This document shows, piece by piece, positions 31,925-33,561 of a DNA stretch of 33,561 nt; position 1 is the stretch's first letter; each line of letters begins with the position of its first letter. A model generated the notes under the pieces. It had not been told where the DNA came from. It did no database searches and worked only from the letters and a program-made list of their open reading frames with translations. The DNA is from Candidatus Nanoarchaeia archaeon (lineage in GTDB: Archaea > Nanobdellota > Nanobdellia > Woesearchaeales > JAGLXL01): NCBI GenBank assembly GCA_035289325.1, contig DATDXM010000068.1, positions 1 through 33,561 on the forward strand, in the 5' to 3' direction. Both the position numbers and the translations under genes were made by a program.

Positions 31925-31936
31925 TTTATAAACGTT
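31925..31936 (-). promoter_or_regulatory. BRE/TATA-like element AACGTTTATAAA (minus strand) for pan
   Basis: TTTATAAA sits exactly 22 nt upstream of the ATG at 31902. The 12-mer is identical to the one before rpl34e. Confidence 0.6.
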
Positions 31937-32000
31937 ACTTGGGGTGGGTGATTGGAGAAAAGTGCAACATTGATATAGGATAGTTATCAAAATCAGCCAT

Positions 32001-32930
32001 ATGGGTAAAATAACCATCATTTTAATCATCACGCTCATTCTTCTTGCTGGTATCCCGTTTTATCTCTCTTACAGTTTCACCCACCCAGACTTTGAAATGT
32101 CTGCTCAAGCGGTCGTAAAACAGGATAGACTCCAGAATATTCCCATTATTCAGAAAAGCATTGATGAGAATGAAGAGCAGATTATCAATCACACCGAGCA
32201 AATCTCATTTCTCAGCCGAGACGGAATAACACTTAAAGGACAGCTTCTTAAAAACACAGAAAACAAAGGAACAATCATTCTTGCACATGGCTGGAACGCA
32301 CGAAAGGAGTCAATGACGAAATATGCCCTCTTTCTGAATGATGATGGATACAATATCTTGCTCTTAGATTTTCGTAGTTATGGAGAAAGTAGCGGTGACT
32401 ATACATCATTTGGCTACGCAGAGAGATATGACATTATGGGAGCAGTTGATTATATTATTGCTCGAAATGATCTTAGCAGCAACATCGGTGGATTAGGCGC
32501 ATCAATGGGAGCTGCAGCGCTGGTATTCGCTGCAGTAGAAACAGATCAATTAAAATTTCTCATACTCGATAGCTGCTACACAAGCATCTACGACACATTA
32601 AAAAACAGGTTTGAATACTTTCATCTGCCAAAACACTCACCCGCGGCAATTCTTACATTAAGCATTGGCGTAATGACTGGCTTTAACAGTTTTGAGTCAA
32701 GCCCAGCAGAAGCAATAAAAGAAGTCAAAGCTCCAGCTTTCATAATCCAAGGAAATGCTGATTACCGCGTAACAGTTGAAGACGCATACAAATTACATAA
32801 CAGTGCGCAGAATCCGAGAGGTATTCTCATCATCGACGGAGCAAAACATATAGGATCGTATAAAGCTGAGCCGAACATCTACAAAGCAAAAGTGCTGGAG
32901 TTTGTTGAAAATGCCAATTCGGCAGAATAA
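32001..32930 (+). CDS. Membrane-anchored alpha/beta hydrolase
   Basis: An N-terminal TM (ITIILIITLILLAGIPFYL) is followed by HGWN, the nucleophile elbow GLGASMGAAA and a late GNADYRV / H region typical of the fold. Confidence 0.8.
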   Translation: MGKITIILIITLILLAGIPFYLSYSFTHPDFEMSAQAVVKQDRLQNIPIIQKSIDENEEQIINHTEQISFLSRDGITLKGQLLKNTENKGTIILAHGWNARKESMTKYALFLNDDGYNILLLDFRSYGESSGDYTSFGYAERYDIMGAVDYIIARNDLSSNIGGLGASMGAAALVFAAVETDQLKFLILDSCYTSIYDTLKNRFEYFHLPKHSPAAILTLSIGVMTGFNSFESSPAEAIKEVKAPAFIIQGNADYRVTVEDAYKLHNSAQNPRGILIIDGAKHIGSYKAEPNIYKAKVLEFVENANSAE

Positions 32931-32967
32931 TTCTTTTCTTGGTTCAATGTATTAATTTTAGTAACAT

Positions 32968-33561
32968 TCACTTGACCACAAACAGCTCTTTCGCCAGATT
33001 CGTGAGGATATTTGGTTTATTTCCAACGACAAGAGTGTCTTCAATACGGATGCCCAGCTTTCTTGGGATGTATATGCCCGGCTCGATAGTGATGACGTTG
33101 TTTTTTTTCAAAATATCTTTACTTTTTGCGCTGATGTTGGGTGTTTCGTGAACGTCAATGCCAATGCCATGGCCGAGGCTATGAATGAAATATTTGTTTA
33201 ATTTTCCTAAGGCAGTGCGTGCGGTCTTGTCGATATCTGCGCAGTTCTTTTCTGGAGTAACCTGAGTTATTGCGGAAAGCTGGGCATTGAGGACTGTGGC
33301 GTATAATTTTTTCTGGATTCGAGTAGGTGTGCCTATTGAGACAGTTCGTGTGCAGTCTGAACAATAGCCGTGGTAATTTGCGCCGAAATCAATGATGCAC
33401 AACCCGTTGTTGAGTTTTGCGCTGCTGGTTGCATGATGAGGAATGGATGCGTTGCTGCCTGATGCGACTATAGTTGGAAATGCTGGTGATGCGCCACGCT
33501 TTGCCATTTCGTACTCAAGCGCTGCTTTTATGTCCGATTCAGTGCGATAATCAAAATGATC
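32968..33561 (-). CDS. M24 family Xaa-Pro peptidase (5' end outside the window)
   Basis: Motifs are IIDFGANYHGYCSDCTRT, HSLGHGIGIDVHE, VITIEPGIY and IRIEDT. The frame stays open to the window edge, upstream of the M at 33507. Confidence 0.9.
   Translation of the reverse strand, partial: DHFDYRTESDIKAALEYEMAKRGASPAFPTIVASGSNASIPHHATSSAKLNNGLCIIDFGANYHGYCSDCTRTVSIGTPTRIQKKLYATVLNAQLSAITQVTPEKNCADIDKTARTALGKLNKYFIHSLGHGIGIDVHETPNISAKSKDILKKNNVITIEPGIYIPRKLGIRIEDTLVVGNKPNILTNLAKELFVVK

Noticed and set aside
1-33561. Scan for CRISPR arrays, rRNA genes, transposases/IS elements and prophage genes
   Set aside because: No regularly spaced direct repeats, no rRNA-like conserved stretches and no transposase or integrase-like translations were seen. 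The only selfish element identified is the RFC intein.

Overview
This 33.6-kb window reads as an archaeal chromosome segment. It carries ribosomal proteins L34e and L14e, two-subunit archaeal PheRS, Pelota, an RFC small subunit, FEN-1, EndA, Trm5, PAN, and TrmB and Lrp regulators. A DPANN-like lineage is a reasonable guess from gene style, but it is unproven. Housekeeping genes are interleaved with accessory content, listed in order below.
(1) 1-2068: the 3' end of an RHS-core polymorphic toxin with an unrecognised, membrane-helix-containing C-terminal module, followed by two small polytopic membrane genes that are immunity candidates.
(2) 2903-4940: a D-amino-acid module, consisting of a Dat-like class IV aminotransferase, a divergent Lrp regulator and an Asp/Glu-type racemase.
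(3) 4947-5075: a tRNA-Ala(CGC) interrupted by two non-canonical introns, one in the D-loop and one in the T-loop.
(4) 11144-23485: a 12-kb island of exported proteins. It holds a pilin-signal protein, a 1887-aa subtilase/FG-GAP/cysteine-repeat giant, and a four-gene cluster. That cluster encodes a polytopic membrane protein plus three lipobox paralogs that all share one two-domain, disulfide-marked module I cannot assign to a characterised family. It is my best candidate for an undescribed system.
(5) 24045-25937: a 631-aa LAGLIDADG intein splitting the RFC small subunit.
Eleven start codons have an A/T-only (or nearly so) 8-mer exactly 22 nt upstream, which suggests mostly leaderless transcription. 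No CRISPR array, rRNA or transposase was seen. All calls come from reading the sequence and translations and from remembered family motifs. No searches were run.
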